From assembly GCA_963668645.2 (NCBI GenBank), contig CAXXWC010000001.1, forward strand, positions 64,001 to 128,000: a stretch of DNA of 64,000 bases, given 5' to 3'. Numbering within the stretch: position 1 is the first letter of the stretch; each line of letters starts with the position of its first letter. Positions 59,633 through 64,000 of this stretch are shown here, piece after piece. Source of the stretch: Desulfobacterales bacterium (lineage in GTDB: Bacteria > Desulfobacterota > Desulfobacteria > Desulfobacterales > UBA2174). Position numbers and translations under genes: made by a program. The notes beneath the pieces are model-generated. The model was given only the letters and a program-made list of their open reading frames with translations. It searched no databases and was not told the origin of the DNA.

Positions 59633-60731
59633 GCTGCGGGCCCGCTGGGCCGCCAGAGCGAAGATCGCCGCAGATCGATCGCCGATGAAAGACTTCCACG
59701 TCGATCAGCAGCGCGAAGGGGCCTTCGACGCCCGTGAACGCGGCTTGCGGGCCGTGCCCCTGGACCGCATCGTGGGCAGTGTGGGCCGCTATCAGGACTT
59801 TGACGCGCGGTTTCGCTTCAAGGGCACCTCGCCTTCCGAGCGGCTTCAGGGCATCCAGCAGGCCATGACCCAGGGCAAGGCCCTGCCGCCGGTGCGCCTC
59901 TACCAGATCAAGGACGAATACTACGTCTTGGACGGCAATCACCGCATCGCCGCCGCCAAGCAGCTGGGCCACGACGACATCCTGGCCCACATCGTCGAGC
60001 TGGTCCCCTCCAAGGATACCCTGGAAAATCTCATCTTCCGCCAGCGGGCCGACTTTGCCGACCGGACCGGTTTGACGGTCGATATCCGGATGACGGAAGT
60101 AGGCCAGTACGACCATCTGCTGGAACAGATCGAACAGCACCGCCGCCATCTGGCCGAGAGCCGCTCCGGCGATGCGGACACCAAGGCAGCGGCCCAGGAC
60201 TGGTACCGCACCATCTACCGGCCCCTTTGCCGCATCATCGAGCAGGCCGGATTGATGAGCCACTTTCCCGGCCGTAGCGTATCGGATCTGTACGTCTATA
60301 TCAGCCGTCACCAGTGGCAGGAGGGCCGCCCGCGTCACTACGGGCTGGACATCGACCGCCTGATTCCCAAGGACATGGAGGCTTTTCGCACCATGATGGC
60401 CGAATGCAAGGAATCCAACGACTATCCGGAAATGCAGCGCACCATCACCGCCTTCATACTGATGACCGTCCAGGGAAAGCATGAAGCCAAGATCACGCAA
60501 AAACTCTTCGATTTGCCCGAGGTGGAGGAAATTCACTCGGTGCACGGAGATGTGGACCTGCTGATCAAGGTGGTGCTGCACCGTGACCTGCTGGCCTCCG
60601 ACGCCGAGGTCATCAGCCATTTCGTCACCGAGCGGGTCCGCCTGATTCAAGGGGTCAACACCACCAAGACCCTGATTCCCGGCTTCTCGAAGGTTAAACC
60701 GATTTCGCGCGTGCGGGCAGGAGCGGAGTAG
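59607..60731 (+). CDS. ParB/Srx-like + DUF4032-like + Lrp/AsnC ligand-binding domain protein
   Basis: IVGSVGRYQDFD and YVLDGNHR; C-terminus LPEVEEIHSVHGDVDLLIKV. Confidence 0.75.
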   Translation: MAISSLITRLRARWAARAKIAADRSPMKDFHVDQQREGAFDARERGLRAVPLDRIVGSVGRYQDFDARFRFKGTSPSERLQGIQQAMTQGKALPPVRLYQIKDEYYVLDGNHRIAAAKQLGHDDILAHIVELVPSKDTLENLIFRQRADFADRTGLTVDIRMTEVGQYDHLLEQIEQHRRHLAESRSGDADTKAAAQDWYRTIYRPLCRIIEQAGLMSHFPGRSVSDLYVYISRHQWQEGRPRHYGLDIDRLIPKDMEAFRTMMAECKESNDYPEMQRTITAFILMTVQGKHEAKITQKLFDLPEVEEIHSVHGDVDLLIKVVLHRDLLASDAEVISHFVTERVRLIQGVNTTKTLIPGFSKVKPISRVRAGAE

Positions 60732-60765
60732 CATCTTTTGCGCTCCGCAAGACGCCATCGAACAG

Positions 60766-60796
60766 AAAACGGCCCCCAGGTTCTGGGGGCCGTTTT
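60766..60796. terminator. Bidirectional intrinsic terminator
   Basis: AAAACGGCCCCCA-GGTTC-TGGGGGCCGTTTT between convergent genes. Confidence 0.85.
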
Positions 60797-60996
60797 AAAT
60801 TCCCACCCGGGCCGCCCCTGCAAGAGGCTACATCCACTCTGACAGGATCGAAATGCGGCCGGGGATCCGGTCCGGCAGCCGGTGCTGCCTTTCCGTGGCG
60901 GTTCGTGGCCTGGGGAAAGGCTTCGGCGGGCCGAAAAACATGGCAGGCTTGCGTAGCAGATTCACCGCACGCGGTCAAGCGATTCGTGCCTGTGGC

Positions 60997-62301
60997 TCAA
61001 CGGATCAAACCCGGCAGACCGGTGACCACCCAGGGGCAGAGCATCAGGATCAGGGTACAGATCAGATAGGCCGGCAGAAAGTAGGCCACTCCCCGGAACA
61101 CGTCCTCCAGGGGCACATCCTGGGCCATGCCGCCCACGACGTAAGTGGTGGCGCCCACCGGCGGGGTGACAGCCCCCATGGTGGTGATCACGGTGATGGT
61201 CACGGCGAACCAGAGCGGATCGTAACCCAGTTCGAGGGCCACCGGAAAAAAGACCGGTATGGTGATCAGCAACAGGGCCAGGGCGTCCATGACCGCGCCG
61301 CCGATCACGAAAATGCCGAAGATCAGGGCCATGATAAAAACCGGGGGCACCGGCAGCCCCACCACCCAATGGGCGATGTCGAAGGGGATGCGCGTGACGG
61401 CCAGAAAGCGGCCGAAGATGGTGGCACCGGCCACGATCATGATCACCATGCACGAGATGCGCAGGGTTTCCTCCACCGCGGCCAGGAATCCACGCCAGTC
61501 GAGCCGGCCCTGGACCGTCCCGATCACAACGGCCAAAAAGCTGCCCGCGGCACCGGCCTCGGTGGGTGTAAAAACGCCGAAGTAGAGTCCCAGCATCACC
61601 AGGGCGAACAGGAGCAGCATCTCCAGGGCACCGGTCAGGGAACGGAGCCGCTCGGAGATCAAAAACCGCGGACCGGCCGGTCCCCAGTCCGGGTGCAACC
61701 GGCAGATCACGGCCACCGAAAGGATCATCAGCACGGCCAGGACGAGTCCGGCGCCCACCCCGCCGTAAAACAGCCGGGCGATGGACTGCTCGGTGGAAAG
61801 CCCGATGACGATGAGCACCACACTGGGGGGAATCACCACCCCCAGGGTGGACCCGCAGGCCACCGCACCGGTGCTCAGCTTGGGGTGGTAGCCGTACTTT
61901 TTCATCTCCGGCAGGGCCACGGTGGTCATGGTGGCGGCCGTGGCGGCGTTGGAGCCGCAGATGGCGGAAAAAGCACTGCAGGCCATCACGGTTGCCATGG
62001 CCAGGCCGCCGCGGATATGCCCCACCCAGTAGTAGGCGGCCCGGTATAGTTTCTGGTTGACCCCGGAGTGAAAAGCGATCTGCCCCATGAAGATGAAAAG
62101 GGGAATCACCGTCAGCCCGTAGCTGGAGAAGGTGTCCCAGAGGGCCGAGCCGAACATGTTCAAGGCGGCCGGCAGCGACACGATGTAGCCGAAGCCCACC
62201 ACCCCCACCAGCGCCATGGCAAAGCCCACCGGGGTGCCGAGAAAAAAGAGCATCCCCAGCAGCACCGCGATCCCCACCATTCCGATCGCGGCCAGACTCA
62301 T
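60997..62301 (-). CDS. dctM: TRAP transporter large permease
   Basis: IPLFIFMG, GGLAMA, IPPS, TPTEA, TPPVG. Confidence 0.92.
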   Translation of the reverse strand: MSLAAIGMVGIAVLLGMLFFLGTPVGFAMALVGVVGFGYIVSLPAALNMFGSALWDTFSSYGLTVIPLFIFMGQIAFHSGVNQKLYRAAYYWVGHIRGGLAMATVMACSAFSAICGSNAATAATMTTVALPEMKKYGYHPKLSTGAVACGSTLGVVIPPSVVLIVIGLSTEQSIARLFYGGVGAGLVLAVLMILSVAVICRLHPDWGPAGPRFLISERLRSLTGALEMLLLFALVMLGLYFGVFTPTEAGAAGSFLAVVIGTVQGRLDWRGFLAAVEETLRISCMVIMIVAGATIFGRFLAVTRIPFDIAHWVVGLPVPPVFIMALIFGIFVIGGAVMDALALLLITIPVFFPVALELGYDPLWFAVTITVITTMGAVTPPVGATTYVVGGMAQDVPLEDVFRGVAYFLPAYLICTLILMLCPWVVTGLPGLIR

Positions 62302-62792
62302 GGCTCGACCTTTCCGGCCCCCGGTTTGAGGGTCTGAAAAAATTCGCCCAGCAGCACCAGGGCCAGCAGCAAACAGCCCAGGGCCACGACCAGGGCAAAG
62401 GGATAATAGACGATGCGCAGCGTCTCGGTCACCTCCCCGCTGGCGCGCAGCACCAGGGCCTTGACGATCAACTGGCGCGCCGCCAGGCCGAAGAGAACCA
62501 GGCAGATCAGCCCGTTGAGCCCGTTCAGCACCCGCTGCACGCGCCGCGGCATGCGGGCCACGAGGACATCCACGGCGATGTGCCCCCGCCGCAGCTGGGT
62601 GTGGGCCAAGGCCAGGGCCGCCACCATGGCACCGAAATAGCCCATCAACTCATAGGTGCCCTGGATCGGCACCCAAACGATGCGCAGCAGGATGTTGGCG
62701 CAGGTCAGCAGGGCCATGCCCGCCAGGCAGACCCCGCCCACAGCGACCGCGCCCCGGTTGATCCAGCGGTTGAAACGGTCAAAAAAGTTCAT
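62298..62792 (-). CDS. dctQ: TRAP transporter small permease
   Basis: Four TM segments; GHIAVD. Confidence 0.9.
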   Translation of the reverse strand: MNFFDRFNRWINRGAVAVGGVCLAGMALLTCANILLRIVWVPIQGTYELMGYFGAMVAALALAHTQLRRGHIAVDVLVARMPRRVQRVLNGLNGLICLVLFGLAARQLIVKALVLRASGEVTETLRIVYYPFALVVALGCLLLALVLLGEFFQTLKPGAGKVEP

Positions 62793-62887
62793 GAAACCAA
62801 CTTCCTAAGGCGTATCGAATCGAATCTCATCTTATTGGTCTGATATCGTTTTGAAGCGGACCACCCATTGGGGCGACGGGGTCCAGC

Positions 62888-63913
62888 TTACTGCTTGCGG
62901 TGCTTGGCGATCAGGCTCTTCAAATCGGCCAGGATCGCCTCGGCCGGAACCCCCTTCTTACCGGCATCGGCCACCCATTTGTCCGTCATCGGCTGAAGCC
63001 GGGCCTCCCAGCGGGCCTTTTCCCCTGCCGGCAGTTCGATCACCTCGACCTGGTAGGTCGCCTTGGACCATTGCACCGACTCTTTGACATGATCGTCCAT
63101 ATAATTTCCCGTCCACTCGCTTTGCTCCACGATCATGCCTTCCATGACCTTTTGGATCTCCGGGGGCAGGCTGTTCCAGCGATCGAGGTTCATCACCACG
63201 GCAAAGGGATAGATTACCGTGTCCACCAGGGTGACGTAGCGGCAGGTCTCGGCGAATTTGAAATCCTTGAGCACTTCCAACGAGGAGAGCAGCCCCTTGA
63301 CGACCCCTTTTTGCAGGGCCTCGGGCGTGTCGGACATGGGCATCCCCACCGGGTTGGCTCCCAGGGCCCCGAGCACCGCCGCCGCCGGGCCGCTGCCGCG
63401 CAGGCTCAGCCCCTGGATCTCTTCCAGGCGCCGCACCGGCACCTTGGACATGATGTTGGACTGGGCCGTGGTGAACATGGCCAGGACCTTTACCTTGGCG
63501 AACTCCTCGGGCTTGTACTTGTTGTACAGATCCAGCAGCGCCAGGCTGCCGGTGCGGGCATCGGGGATGCCCACCGGCAGGCCGGTGGCGTTGGTCACCA
63601 CGAAGCGCCCGGGTTGATAGGCCATGCACAGGCAGCCGATATCCGCCTGCCCTGCCACTACCCCGTCGAACATCTCCTTGGCCCCCAGCAGCGTTCCTCC
63701 GGGAAAGGTGTTGACCGCCACCCGGCCTGCGGTGCGTTTTTCCACCTCGGTCTTCCAGCGCTCCATCTGAACGCAGGGAAAGGTCGGCGCCGGCGGAAAA
63801 TTGGCGTAGCTCAGGGTGATGGTCTCGCCCCAAACCGCCGTCGGACCGGCGATCGGGACCGCCGCCAGAACGGGCAGGACCAGCAACAACAGGCTAAAAC
63901 GAATGCGCTTCAT
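62888..63913 (-). CDS. dctP: TRAP substrate-binding protein
   Basis: Signal peptide; FPGGTL, ALQKGVV, MNLDRWNSLP. Confidence 0.9.
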   Translation of the reverse strand: MKRIRFSLLLLVLPVLAAVPIAGPTAVWGETITLSYANFPPAPTFPCVQMERWKTEVEKRTAGRVAVNTFPGGTLLGAKEMFDGVVAGQADIGCLCMAYQPGRFVVTNATGLPVGIPDARTGSLALLDLYNKYKPEEFAKVKVLAMFTTAQSNIMSKVPVRRLEEIQGLSLRGSGPAAAVLGALGANPVGMPMSDTPEALQKGVVKGLLSSLEVLKDFKFAETCRYVTLVDTVIYPFAVVMNLDRWNSLPPEIQKVMEGMIVEQSEWTGNYMDDHVKESVQWSKATYQVEVIELPAGEKARWEARLQPMTDKWVADAGKKGVPAEAILADLKSLIAKHRKQ

Positions 63914-64000
63914 GGTCGACCTCCTCTCGGCCCTCGCCGGGCCGCAAGCGGGGCTTGCCGGAGCGTGGGTCCCCATCAGACCTTGCCCGGGTCGCCGTTG

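Overview
GC-rich deltaproteobacterial-type DNA; gene content suggests Desulfobacterales, which is an inference. There are four zones. (1) 1-28.7 kb is one co-oriented cluster. It holds a class I chelatase set (ChlD-like, ChlI-like, CobN/ChlH-like) with an ABC-2 transporter, an AraC regulator and a type III periplasmic binding protein. These are followed by a complete, atypical type IV filament system: three very large acidic pilin-like proteins, a PilM-N fusion, PilO- and PilP-like proteins, a lipoprotein secretin, PilT, an MshEN-PilB ATPase, PilC, a SurA-like lipoprotein and a TMTC-like glycosyltransferase. This is the best candidate for an undescribed system: a retractile filament linked to metal or tetrapyrrole acquisition. 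(2) 28.8-39.4 kb holds host genes hit by three IS elements (DUF4338-ISAs1, IS3, IS1634), each with readable terminal repeats and target duplications. (3) 39.5-48.3 kb is an AT-rich, decaying island with a GT-like gene, an alpha/beta hydrolase, an acyltransferase, a membrane protein, a GHMP kinase pseudogene and an EEP protein. It also contains an attC-like site, four miniature elements and a Fic gene. (4) 48.4-64 kb is housekeeping: selA, gmhA, hemC, cobA/hemD, gpgS, moaA and a TRAP transporter. All family calls come from motifs recognised by eye; no database search was run.
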